Origin: Dehalococcoidia bacterium
GTDB taxonomy: Bacteria > Chloroflexota > Dehalococcoidia > Lucifugimonadales > UBA2985
DNA: 64,000 nt
Assembly (NCBI GenBank): GCA_965204895.1
Contig: OZ242025.1
Location: forward strand, 1,473,621-1,537,620
Direction of reading: 5' to 3'
A program made the position numbers and the translations under genes. The notes under the pieces were generated by a model. The model had not been told where the DNA came from. It saw only the letters and a program-made list of their open reading frames with translations, and ran no database searches. Below, one piece after another: positions 8,592 through 16,906 of the stretch. How positions within the stretch are numbered: position 1 is the first letter of the stretch; every line of letters begins with the position of its first letter.

Positions 8592-9896
8592 ATGCAAAAC
8601 GCGTCTCTGCACCAGAACATAGCCCGGATGGACGCCGACAGGCTGAGGGCCTACCGGGAGAACCTGGCCTTCTACAATGGGTCGCAGTGGGCGGGCGCGC
8701 CCCATCGCCGGGAGCGTCGGCTCACCTTCAACTACGCCCGCGCCTTCGTGGACAAGATAACCTCCTACGTGATGACGGGGATGTCCTTCGTGATCGACCC
8801 CTGGGACTCGTCAACCGAGGCCAGGGAGCGGGCCGACAGGGCCGAAGACGCCCTCCGCCAGGCGTACGACGCCAACCACCTGGAGCAGCTGGACTTCGAT
8901 ACGGAGCTGGACGCCGCCATCCTTGGCGACGGCTGCTACAAGGTGACGTGGGATGCGGAGGAGCGACGGGTGAGGGTCACCGCGCCGGACGTGCAGGGCC
9001 TCTACGCCTGGTGGGTGGCAGACGACGTTGGGCGCGTATGGCGCGTGGCCAGCCGCTACACGCTGTCCTCGGAGGAGGCGCAGATGCTCTACGGTGTCGG
9101 GGGCGAGCGGGCGGCCGGCGGGGACCAGCGGGTGACGGTGGTTGAGGAGTGGACCGCCGGAGACCTGCGGCTGTGGGTCGGCGACGCCCTTGTTCAGGAG
9201 AAGCCCAACCCCTACGGCTTCATCCCCTTCATCATCTTCCCCAACCTCAGGGAGCCAAAGAGGTTCTGGGGCCTCTCGGACGTCCCGCCCCTGGTGGAGC
9301 CGTCACGGGAGCTGAACCGCGCCATATCCCAGCTTTCCATGATACTGGAGCTTTCGGGCAACCCCATTGCGGTGCTGGAGGGCGTTGAGCGCGCCGAGGA
9401 CATTGCCGTGCAGCCCGGCGCGGTGTGGGAGCTGCCGGAGCAGGCCAGGGCCTACCTGCTGGACCTGCTCCAGGGCGGGGGCATCAAGCTCCACGTGGAC
9501 TTCATAGACCTGATATACCGCTCCCTGCACGACATCTCGGAGGCGCCAAGGATAAGCTTTGGCGACAACCCCCGCAGCCTGTCGGGCGTGGCCCTGGAGA
9601 TGGAGCTAAGCCCGCTGCTACAGCGCGTGCGCCGCAAGCGGCTCATACGCACGGCGGTGTACAAGGCCCGCAACGAGATGATACTTCGCCTGCTGGAAAA
9701 GCGGACGGGGGTCAGCTACCTGCCGGTGAAGCAGCGCATCCTCTGGGGGCCGCTGCTGCCCCAGGACCGGAGCCGTCTGGTAAGAGAGCAGCAGACGCTG
9801 GTGGAGACGGGGATCCAGAGCCGTCGGCGTGCAATGGAGAACCTCGGCATAGAGGACCCGGACGCGGAGTGGGAGAGGATGAGGGGAGAGGGGTAA
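8592..9896 (+). CDS. Phage portal protein
   Basis: 434 aa immediately after the terminase region. The N-terminus (LRAYRENLAFYNGSQWAG...RLTFNYARAFVDKITSYV) and overall size resemble SPP1 gp6-type portals, from recollection of the family and not a search. Confidence 0.7.
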   Translation: MQNASLHQNIARMDADRLRAYRENLAFYNGSQWAGAPHRRERRLTFNYARAFVDKITSYVMTGMSFVIDPWDSSTEARERADRAEDALRQAYDANHLEQLDFDTELDAAILGDGCYKVTWDAEERRVRVTAPDVQGLYAWWVADDVGRVWRVASRYTLSSEEAQMLYGVGGERAAGGDQRVTVVEEWTAGDLRLWVGDALVQEKPNPYGFIPFIIFPNLREPKRFWGLSDVPPLVEPSRELNRAISQLSMILELSGNPIAVLEGVERAEDIAVQPGAVWELPEQARAYLLDLLQGGGIKLHVDFIDLIYRSLHDISEAPRISFGDNPRSLSGVALEMELSPLLQRVRRKRLIRTAVYKARNEMILRLLEKRTGVSYLPVKQRILWGPLLPQDRSRLVREQQTLVETGIQSRRRAMENLGIEDPDAEWERMRGEG

Positions 9897-9951
9897 AGGT
9901 CTGCATAAAGCGCCTCCTAATGATGTGGTACACTTTTCCCAGGGTAGAGTC

Positions 9952-10113
9952 ATGGGCACAGAAACAGGCAAAGATCTAATCGCCAAAATGGTGCAGGACA
10001 AGAAATTCCTAGAGGGCGTTGAGCGCGGCCTTCGGGATATAGACGAGGGCCGCTACTCTACCCTTGAAGACGTAAAGAGAAGGCTCGGCGAACTTGGGTG
10101 CCGTTCTGTCTGA
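9952..10113 (+). CDS. Small hypothetical protein, antitoxin-like C-terminal motif (weak call)
   Basis: MGTETGKDLIAKMVQDKKFLEGVERGLRDIDEGRYSTLEDVKRRLGELG. The motif GL.DI.EGR...LEDV is common in small RelB/ParD-type antitoxins. No toxin partner is adjacent. Confidence 0.3.
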   Translation: MGTETGKDLIAKMVQDKKFLEGVERGLRDIDEGRYSTLEDVKRRLGELGCRSV

Positions 10114-10158
10114 TGTGGCAGAGTCTTTGTATATACTGTTAACCTAACTGGTGTGGCC

Positions 10159-10335
10159 CTAACCTGCTTCCTGCTCTACGGGAGCGTTGTACGCACTCTT
10201 GACAAGGTTGATTGCGGCTTCGCAGTCAGCTCTATTGATATAACCTTCTCCAGATGTGGCGATTATCCTGCTGTTACCGGCCCTCAATCGCCATCTCCAT
10301 TCACCGCCTGCATCCCGGTATATTATGAACCTCAT
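10159..10335 (-). CDS. DUF1508 (YegP-like) domain protein
   Basis: MRFIIYRDAGGEWRWRLRAGNSRIIATSGEGYINRADCEAAINLVKSA matches the YegP repeat pattern (F.IY.D..G.WRFRL.A.NG.IIA.SEGY....). GGAG lies 6 nt before the ATG at 10335. Confidence 0.7.
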   Translation of the reverse strand: MRFIIYRDAGGEWRWRLRAGNSRIIATSGEGYINRADCEAAINLVKSAYNAPVEQEAG

Positions 10336-10378
10336 AGAACGCTCCTGCATTTTGAATAAGCGAGTTCAATGACTCTCC

Positions 10379-10636
10379 CTAGTCAGGCTCATACCCAGGC
10401 AAGCTGGGATCTACATTCTGGTGCATTTCCCCAAATAAAGGGGTTTCTCCACAATGCGGGCAACGAATAGGATCAATTACACCACCAGACGCCATGTAGA
10501 GGCTGGCCTGTGCCGAGTGCGCCTCCTCACAGCCATCCATCGCCGCTAAATCTGCGGTCCTCTCACTAACCCTAAAACTCTTTTGCGCTTTCCGCTCTTC
10601 GCGCTCTTTTCGGCGTCGTTCAGCCCTAGATTCCAT
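10379..10636 (-). CDS. Hypothetical protein with basic N-terminus and putative zinc-ribbon (CEEAH...CPHC)
   Basis: 85-aa ORF in an AT-richer stretch. No family recognised. Confidence 0.4.
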   Translation of the reverse strand: MESRAERRRKEREERKAQKSFRVSERTADLAAMDGCEEAHSAQASLYMASGGVIDPIRCPHCGETPLFGEMHQNVDPSLPGYEPD

Positions 10637-10747
10637 AGCCTTACCCCTTACTGATTCCGTTTCCTATTGGACTCTGCCATCCGCCCCTTGCGCAACCAAT
10701 ATTAGCACACATATTCTGTGACCAGTCAAGAATAATCGGGAGCAATT

Positions 10748-11212
10748 ATGTCTGAAGAGACTGAACAGAGCACAGAGATTGAAGCAGCCCCGGACCTTGA
10801 GGAGACAACCACTGAGGACGCGGAGGACGCCGAATCCCCGCACGACTCCCAGCTAGAAGCGCTTACCGCCACTCTATCCGAGCGGGATGCCCGGATAGCG
10901 CAGCTGGAGGCCGCCCTGGGCGAGGCGCAGAGTGCTGTGCAGAGCCGCGAGCAGGAAACCGAGGCCGTCAATGCGCGGCTGGCCCAGGCTGTTGAGCTTT
11001 ACCGCGCCTCCCTGCTGGCGGCGGAGCCTGACCTGCCGGAGGACATGGTGCACGGCTCCACCGTCGAGACCGTGCAGGAGTCCCTGGAGCGGGCGCGGCA
11101 GAACCTCTCTAACTCCATAATTTACCGTTGCCAACAAACTCTGAGAATACCGAGGCAATTCGACCCGTTGACAAGGCAAATCATCTGTGCTAACATTCCC
11201 AGAGAACATTAG
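10748..11212 (+). pseudogene. Phage scaffold-like acidic coiled-coil protein, apparently truncated at the 3' end and reading into the lexA promoter
   Basis: The acidic N-terminus, coiled coil and ...DLPEDMVHGSTVETVQESLERARQ resemble phage scaffolding proteins. After about nt 11105 the composition drops. The ORF runs through the lexA -35, -10 and SOS box and stops at TAG inside the box (11210-11212). Confidence 0.5.
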
Positions 11213-11215
11213 TTC
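11168..11215 (+). promoter_or_regulatory. lexA promoter with a perfect Gram-positive-type SOS (Cheo) box core GAAC-ATTA-GTTC
   Basis: -35 TTGACA at 11168-11173, 17-nt spacer, -10 TAACAT at 11191-11196, GAACATTAGTTC at 11204-11215, RBS AAGGAG at 11219-11224, TTG start at 11231. Confidence 0.75.
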
Positions 11216-11230
11216 ATTAAGGAGATTCCC

Positions 11231-11875
11231 TTGGCTAAAGAAGGTTTGAGCGAAAGACAGAAGCAGATCCTGGAGTTCATCAACGGCTTTGACGAGGAGC
11301 ACAGCTACCCGCCCACAATCCGGGACATACAGTACGCCTGCAGCATAAGCTCCACCTCCGTGGTGGACTACAACCTGCGCATCCTGGAGCGCAAGGGGTA
11401 CATCCGCCGGGACCGGGAGGTGTCCAGGGGCATTGAGGTGCTGGGCGGAGACAGACACAGAGTCCAGACGAACAGAGTGCCCGTCCTGGGTTCCATAGCC
11501 GCCGGCGAGCCGATTCCCGTAGCCACCCAGGAGTCCTGGACGTCGGACCCGGTGGACACGCTTGACATCCCCCGAGGGCTGCTGGACGACGCCGAAGGCG
11601 ACTACGCCCTCAGAGTGAAGGGCGTCTCCATGATCGACGCCCTTGTGGACGACGGCGACACGGTGATTGTGCGGCCCGTCACCTCCGTCAATGACGGCGA
11701 TATGGTTGTGGCCTGGCTCAAGAACGAGAAGGAGGTCACCCTCAAGCGGCTCTACAACGAGGGCGCCCGCATCCGCCTTCAGCCGGCCAACTCCACCATG
11801 CAGCCCATCTACGTAGACCCGGACAACATAGAGGTGCAGGGCAAGGTGGTGGCCGTCATACGCCACTCCGTTTAA
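11231..11875 (+). CDS. lexA: LexA repressor (S24 self-cleaving peptidase)
   Basis: N-terminal winged HTH (LSERQKQILEFI...PPTIRDIQYACSISSTSVVDYNLRILERKGYIRR). Cleavage region VPVLGSIAAGEPIP. Catalytic Ser in LRVKGVSMIDA and Lys in TLKRLY. Confidence 0.93.
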   Translation: MAKEGLSERQKQILEFINGFDEEHSYPPTIRDIQYACSISSTSVVDYNLRILERKGYIRRDREVSRGIEVLGGDRHRVQTNRVPVLGSIAAGEPIPVATQESWTSDPVDTLDIPRGLLDDAEGDYALRVKGVSMIDALVDDGDTVIVRPVTSVNDGDMVVAWLKNEKEVTLKRLYNEGARIRLQPANSTMQPIYVDPDNIEVQGKVVAVIRHSV

Positions 11876-11920
11876 GCCGGTCGAACTATTTGAGTGGGAA
11901 GACTGCGGACGTAGTCGCTA

Positions 11921-11953
11921 CCGCTCATACTGAGCTTGTCGAAGTATGAGCGG
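11921..11953. repeat. REP-like element, family B: CCGCTCATA-(15 nt, CTGAGCTTGTCGAAG)-TATGAGCGG
   Basis: 9-bp stems read directly. Related copies lie at 45496-45532 and 45553-45589, with a half copy at 34234-34257. Confidence 0.75.
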
Positions 11954-12015
11954 TGTCGTTCACCATAACCAACGCCTGTAGAGAATACTCCCAAGCTATG
12001 CCCCAGGCCGCAAAG

Positions 12016-12024
12016 TGATATAAT
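12016..12024 (+). promoter_or_regulatory. Extended -10 element TGATATAAT upstream of the EVE-like gene
   Basis: Perfect TGnTATAAT about 45 nt upstream of the GTG start at 12069. No good -35 element. Confidence 0.35.
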
Positions 12025-12068
12025 CGGAACCAACAAGACTTTCACGGCTCAGGAAAGGGGAACCTCAA

Positions 12069-12548
12069 GTGCCAAGAGGAAAGACCTACTGGATGGTGGC
12101 CGACTCCCTGGAGAACTTCCGCGTCACCCGGGAACTGGACTTCACCGTACAGGGCATGGCCTCCAGGCAGCGCCGCAAGGCGCAGCGCATGGAGTCGGGA
12201 GACAGGCTTCTATTCTACATTACCGGGATCCAGAAGTTCGGGGCCACGGCCACCGTGAGCTCCAAGTGCTTCGAGGACCACAAGCCCGTGTGGAAGAGCG
12301 AGGGCAAGGCGGACGACTTCCCCTGGCGGGTGAACATCAAGGCCGAGGCCGTCCTGGACGAAGAAAAGTTCCTGGACGCAATGGAGATAGGCCCGCGCAT
12401 GGAGTACATACGCCACTGGCCCCCGGAGCTCTGGCCCCTGGCCTTCCAGGGCAACCTGCACATACTGCCCAAGAACGACTTTGAGCTTCTTGAGCGGGAG
12501 ATAAAGAGGGCGGCCGGACAGAGGCTGCCCGCGCCCGCCGCTCGTTAG
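12069..12548 (+). CDS. EVE/PUA-like domain protein (putative modified-nucleic-acid reader)
   Basis: 159 aa. The pattern YWMVADSLENF...ESGDRLLFYITGIQKFGATATVSS...DFPWRVNIKAEAVL...LHILPKNDFELL follows the EVE/ASCH-type beta-barrel layout. This is pattern recognition only. Confidence 0.45.
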   Translation: MPRGKTYWMVADSLENFRVTRELDFTVQGMASRQRRKAQRMESGDRLLFYITGIQKFGATATVSSKCFEDHKPVWKSEGKADDFPWRVNIKAEAVLDEEKFLDAMEIGPRMEYIRHWPPELWPLAFQGNLHILPKNDFELLEREIKRAAGQRLPAPAAR

Positions 12549-12550
12549 CG

Positions 12551-13561
12551 CTACCGGCTTGACCTCAGATTAACCTGCCCGGCCGCCTCCCCCAGATAGA
12601 AGTTGTTCTCGTACAGGTCTTCTATGCGCTCAAGGGCGTCGGCGGGGATGTCCGGGGTGTCCGGGGCCGCGGCGAACTCCACCAACTGCTCCTCGCTGAC
12701 GATGTTGGGCAGCACGGAGGCAATCCGCTTGCGGGCCAGCACAAACTGAATGGCAATCTGGCCTATGGTGGCGTCGCTTTCGTCAGTGAGAAAGTCCAGG
12801 GCCGCCACCTTCTTCAGGGTGGCATCCAGCCACTCCTGCCGGCGGTGGCTGCGGTGGTCGGAGGGATCAAAGACCGTGTCCTTGGTGTACGTGCCGTCCA
12901 GCATACCGGAGGCGTGGGGCACCCTGGACAGCAGGCCAGTCTCCTCCTCGTCGGCTATGGGGAAGAACCTGCGCGCCGGCTCCTGCTCTAGGATGCTGTA
13001 GATTATCTGGACGGAGGGCACCTTCCGCTCCTTCATCGACGCCTCACCCTCCTCGAACCAGCCGATGTCCGGCCCCAGCGCCGAGCCGTAGTAGCGGATT
13101 TTCCCCTCTTTGACCAGCTGCTCCAGGGTCTCAAAGAGGTCGTCACTTTCGATGGCGCTCAGCCGCGGGTTGTGAAGCTGGTACAGGTCGATGTAGTCCG
13201 TCTTCAGACGCCGCAGGCTCTGCTCGCAGGCGTACCTGACAAACTCCGGCGAGAAGTCCTGTGGCCGTTCGCTGTGTCCCGACCGGGCCTCGTCGGAGTA
13301 GAAGTCGTAGCCGAACTTCGTCCCAATCACCATGTCCTTGCGGTGCGCTGCCAGGGCCTTGGGCAGAATCTCCTCGCCGTAGCCCTGTGCGTAGGTGTCC
13401 GCCGTGTCAAAGAAGTTCACGCCCAGGTCAAAGGCCTTGCTGAGAACGGCAGTGGCGTCCCTCTCCTCCACCTTGCCCCACCACCCGGTGCTGACGCTCC
13501 ACACTCCAAAGCCCACCTCGGAGATCTCCAGATCAGTCTTGCCAAGCTTGCGGTACTTCAA
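12551..13561 (-). CDS. Aldo/keto reductase family oxidoreductase
   Basis: MKYRKLGKTDLEISEVGFGVWSV...NFFDTADTYAQGYGEEILPKAL...VIGTKFGY...YIDLYQLHNP, the classic AKR signature. Confidence 0.9.
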   Translation of the reverse strand: MKYRKLGKTDLEISEVGFGVWSVSTGWWGKVEERDATAVLSKAFDLGVNFFDTADTYAQGYGEEILPKALAAHRKDMVIGTKFGYDFYSDEARSGHSERPQDFSPEFVRYACEQSLRRLKTDYIDLYQLHNPRLSAIESDDLFETLEQLVKEGKIRYYGSALGPDIGWFEEGEASMKERKVPSVQIIYSILEQEPARRFFPIADEEETGLLSRVPHASGMLDGTYTKDTVFDPSDHRSHRRQEWLDATLKKVAALDFLTDESDATIGQIAIQFVLARKRIASVLPNIVSEEQLVEFAAAPDTPDIPADALERIEDLYENNFYLGEAAGQVNLRSSR

Positions 13562-13713
13562 ACTGCCTCCTTGGGTAACCGGCTAAGCAGGCGTCGACTT
13601 GCGCAGCCTCCTACCTGCGGGAGTCCATTATAGTATGGAGGCCAGCCCTCGTCGACACATTCACCATGTGGAAGATGATAAACTATGACTACTGAGGGCG
13701 ACGGAGGTATGAC

Positions 13714-14370
13714 ATGGCAGAGGCGCGTTCCAGCGGCCCCTACATCTGGGTAACCTGGCTAACCAAGCTGCTGGTCGGGGAGAACTCCTGCGAATGGGCG
13801 GCCTGGTTCAGGGCGCAGCACGAGGGGTGGAGCTGGAGCAAGATACCCAGCACCTTCGACCAGGCGGCCTGGCAGTTGGCGCATACGGCCAAGCTCAGCG
13901 AGTGTCGCGACCAGTGGGAGGAGCAGGGGTTCACAGTGTTCACCGAGGGCCAGAACCACTTCACCCTCCGGGGCGCGTCGGCCGCGCTGGGCGGCAGGCC
14001 GGACCTCATCGCATGGAAGGACGGCGCAGGCACGATAATCGACGTCAAGACGGGCCAGCCGCGGCCGTCCCACAGCGTTCAGGTCATGCTTTATATGTAC
14101 GCCATACCCAGGGCCCTGAGGCAGTTCCGGGGCATCGACTTCAACGGCAGGCTGGTCTACACGGACCATGAGATTGACATCCCTGCGTCGGCGGTCGATG
14201 ACAACTTTGTCGGCAACATGTCACAGCTGATACTCAGAATTGCATCTGCAACGCCCGCGCGGAGGGTTCCCAGCCGGATGGAGTGCGGCTTCTGTGACAT
14301 CACGTCGGCGGACTGCCACGAGCGGGCGGCTGAGGACAGCCTTGATGAAGGCGCGACTGAGGACTTCTAG
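13714..14370 (+). CDS. Cas4-like / RecB-family PD-(D/E)XK nuclease with a 4-Cys (Fe-S type) cluster, stand-alone
   Basis: Nuclease motifs GRPDLIAW, IIDVKTG (D..D/E-x-K) and QVMLYMY (QxxxY). One N-terminal Cys (GENSCEW) plus C-terminal CGFCDITSADC (C-x2-C-x6-C), as in Cas4/AddB iron-staple domains. GGAGG lies 5 nt before the ATG. Confidence 0.65.
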   Translation: MAEARSSGPYIWVTWLTKLLVGENSCEWAAWFRAQHEGWSWSKIPSTFDQAAWQLAHTAKLSECRDQWEEQGFTVFTEGQNHFTLRGASAALGGRPDLIAWKDGAGTIIDVKTGQPRPSHSVQVMLYMYAIPRALRQFRGIDFNGRLVYTDHEIDIPASAVDDNFVGNMSQLILRIASATPARRVPSRMECGFCDITSADCHERAAEDSLDEGATEDF

Positions 14371-14489
14371 GCCATGCGTATCTGGCTGCCTACCGCAGGT
14401 CAGTTAATTGACAATCGAACCTGTGGGCATTAACCTCAGATAAAGGACGCTGGAGCCCGCAAGCGGAAAGGCGTGTGAAGGGAGCAGAG

Positions 14490-14924
14490 ATGAAGTGTCC
14501 AAGATGTAACTCGGAGCTGTCCATCGAGAAGTTCAAGGGCGTGGAGATAGACCGCTGCCCGCAATGCAAGGGGCTGTGGCTGGACTTCCACGAGCTTGAC
14601 CAGCTTGAGGACAAGGAGATGGACGACGACGATCTGAAGGGTTCGATGATGTTCCGCTCCTACGTCGGCGACCTTCACTGCCCCAACTGCGAAAGCGGTA
14701 TGCAGATGTTCAACTACCGGGCCTTCAACCTGGAGCTTGACTTCTGCCCCAACGAGTGCGGCTTCTGGCTGGACGGCGGCGAGGAGAAGCGCGTCCTGGA
14801 CATAATGAAGCAGCGGGTGAAGGACCTCAAGCGCTCCTCCGATGCGGAGGTTGAGTGGGCCGGTATGTTGCAACGGTTCCGGTCCAAGTCCTTCGGCGAC
14901 CGCATGAAGGGCCTGTTCCGCTAG
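14490..14924 (+). CDS. Zinc-ribbon protein with two TFIIB-type zf domains (PF13453-like)
   Basis: MKCPRCNSEL...IDRCPQCKGLWLDFHELDQL and HCPNCESGM...DFCPNECGFWLDGGEEKRV. Confidence 0.7.
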   Translation: MKCPRCNSELSIEKFKGVEIDRCPQCKGLWLDFHELDQLEDKEMDDDDLKGSMMFRSYVGDLHCPNCESGMQMFNYRAFNLELDFCPNECGFWLDGGEEKRVLDIMKQRVKDLKRSSDAEVEWAGMLQRFRSKSFGDRMKGLFR

Positions 14925-15118
14925 GACTTCCTGCGGCTTCTCCCCCCACCTAGCCCCGATACTTTGCGCCTAAGGGTCAAGCGCCTCCTCGTCCGTATTT
15001 CCCCTATAGCCCTGTTTCTGGTAATCTTTATCAGTAAACAAGACCCTTGACACCCATAGGGTACTTATCGCCCTTCCCCCGCTTGCGGGGGGAGGTTGGA
15101 TGGGGGTTAATCTAGCCC

Positions 15119-16825
15119 ATGCGGATGACCGCATTTTTCGGCAAGACGTTGCGCGAGGAGCCCGCAGAAGCGGAGACTCCCAGCCATCGGTTGCTGCTCA
15201 AGTCCGGGATGATTCGCCAGGTGGCCGCGGGCGTCTACACCTACATGCCCCTGGCGTGGCGCGCCCTGCGCAAGATTGAAGAGGTCATACGCCAGGAGAT
15301 GGACGCGGCGGGAAGCCAGGAGGTGCGGATGCCCGCCCTGCACCCAGTGGAGGTGTGGGAGGAGAGCGGCCGCAAGGACGCCTTTGGCAGGAACCTGTTC
15401 ACGCTGGAGGACCGCCGCGAGAGGTCGCTGGTCATGGCCCCCACCCACGAGGAGGTCATCACCCTCACGGTGAAGGCCAACGTACACAGCTATCGCGACC
15501 TGCCCCAGATCCTGTACCAGATACAGACCAAATTCAGGGACGAAGCCAGGCCGCGCGGCGGCCTCATCAGAGTTCGTGAGTTCGACATGAAGGACGCCTA
15601 TAGCTTCGACGCTGACGAGGAAGGCCTCGACCGCAGCTACGAGGCGATGGTGCAGGCCTACAAGAACATCTACCGACGCCTCCGGCTGCCCGCAGTTCAG
15701 GCTGAGGCCGACAGCGGCGCCATCGGCGGCAAGGACTCCCACGAGTTCCTGCTGCCAACGGAGAGCGGGGAGGACGTGGTGCTGGTTTGCCCCGGCTGCG
15801 ACTACGCCGCCAACGCCGAGAGGGCTGCGATAGTCAAGCCTCCCCAGGACGCGGAAGACCCTCTGCCCCTGGAGGATGTCCACACCCCTGGAATCAAGAC
15901 CATTGAAGACCTGGCGGCCTTCCTGGGCATACCGGAGAGCAAGACCCTCAAGGCCGTCTTCTACGCCGCCGACGGGGAGATTGTCTTTGTCACCATTCGG
16001 GGAGACCTGGAGGTGAATGAGATCAAGCTCAAGAACCTCCTCCACTGCCGGGAGCTGCGGCTGGCCTCGCCGGAGGAGGTGGAGGAGGCGGGACTCGTGG
16101 CCGGCTCAGCGTCCTCAATAGGCCTTGAGGGGGTGCGCACCGTGGCGGACGACTCCATCACGCTTGGGTCGAATTTCGTGGTCGGGGCCAACCGGCCGGA
16201 CTACCATCTGCGCAACGCCAACTATCCCCGGGACTTCCAGCCGGACGTCATCGCAGACATCACCCTGGGCGAGCCGGGCCACGCCTGCCTCGGCTGCGCC
16301 GCGCCGCTGGAGGCCATTCGCGCCATTGAGGTGGGCCACGTGTTCAAGCTGGGCACCTTCTTCAGCGACACGCTGGAGGCCACCTACCTGGACAGGGACG
16401 GCGCTCAGAAGCCCATCATCATGGGCTGCTACGGCATTGGCGTGGGGCGTCTGCTGGCAGGGGTCATTGAACAGAACCACGACGACAAGGGCATCATCTT
16501 TCCGGCGTCCGTCTCGCCTTATCACGTGCACCTGGTGGCGCTGAACGTGGAGGACGCCCAGGTCATCGAGGCCGCCGAGAACCTGTACGGCAGCCTGCAG
16601 CAGGCCGGCCTTGAGACGCTGTACGACGACCGCGAGGAGACGGCCGGCGTCAAGTTCAACGACGCCGACCTGATGGGCTTTCCGGTGCGCGTCGTGGTGA
16701 GCCCGCGCAACCTTCGCCAGGGCAGCGCGGAGGTGAAGCTGCGCCGCGAGAGCGACGCCGAGTTGGTGGCCCTGGAGAGCGTGACTGCCAGGGTCAAGGA
16801 GCTGCTGGAGTCGCCTGAGAAGTAG
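15119..16825 (+). CDS. proS: Prolyl-tRNA synthetase (bacterial type with INS editing domain)
   Basis: 568 aa. SHRLLLKSGMIRQVAAGVYTYMPLAWRALRKIEEVIRQEM..., class II motifs (FRDEARPRGGLIRVREFDMKDAYSF; MGCYGIGVGRLL), C-terminal anticodon-binding domain. Confidence 0.95.
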   Translation: MRMTAFFGKTLREEPAEAETPSHRLLLKSGMIRQVAAGVYTYMPLAWRALRKIEEVIRQEMDAAGSQEVRMPALHPVEVWEESGRKDAFGRNLFTLEDRRERSLVMAPTHEEVITLTVKANVHSYRDLPQILYQIQTKFRDEARPRGGLIRVREFDMKDAYSFDADEEGLDRSYEAMVQAYKNIYRRLRLPAVQAEADSGAIGGKDSHEFLLPTESGEDVVLVCPGCDYAANAERAAIVKPPQDAEDPLPLEDVHTPGIKTIEDLAAFLGIPESKTLKAVFYAADGEIVFVTIRGDLEVNEIKLKNLLHCRELRLASPEEVEEAGLVAGSASSIGLEGVRTVADDSITLGSNFVVGANRPDYHLRNANYPRDFQPDVIADITLGEPGHACLGCAAPLEAIRAIEVGHVFKLGTFFSDTLEATYLDRDGAQKPIIMGCYGIGVGRLLAGVIEQNHDDKGIIFPASVSPYHVHLVALNVEDAQVIEAAENLYGSLQQAGLETLYDDREETAGVKFNDADLMGFPVRVVVSPRNLRQGSAEVKLRRESDAELVALESVTARVKELLESPEK

Positions 16826-16906
16826 GTTGATTCGCCTAGCAGGGCTTCCCGCCTGAAGCAAGAGCGTATACCATACACGCCATGAAATCCGTAAAGGGGG
16901 CCGCGA

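Larger units (their letters stand above)
6197..11110 (+). mobile_element. Prophage remnant limited to a DNA-packaging module (small ORFs, large terminase, HTH protein, portal, moron-like genes, truncated scaffold-like ORF)
   Basis: See the component CDSs. No capsid, protease, tail, lysis or integrase genes are present. The right end abuts the lexA promoter. Confidence 0.65.

Noticed and set aside
10874-11866. 330-aa minus-strand ORF covering lexA
   Set aside because: Antisense to an unambiguous LexA, with a Gly/His/Val-rich low-complexity translation.
14925-15118. Possible T-box or attenuator leader upstream of proS
   Set aside because: Only a short GC hairpin is present (CCCCCGC-TT-GCGGGGG, 15076-15091). 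No T-box consensus or specifier-loop architecture is recognisable.
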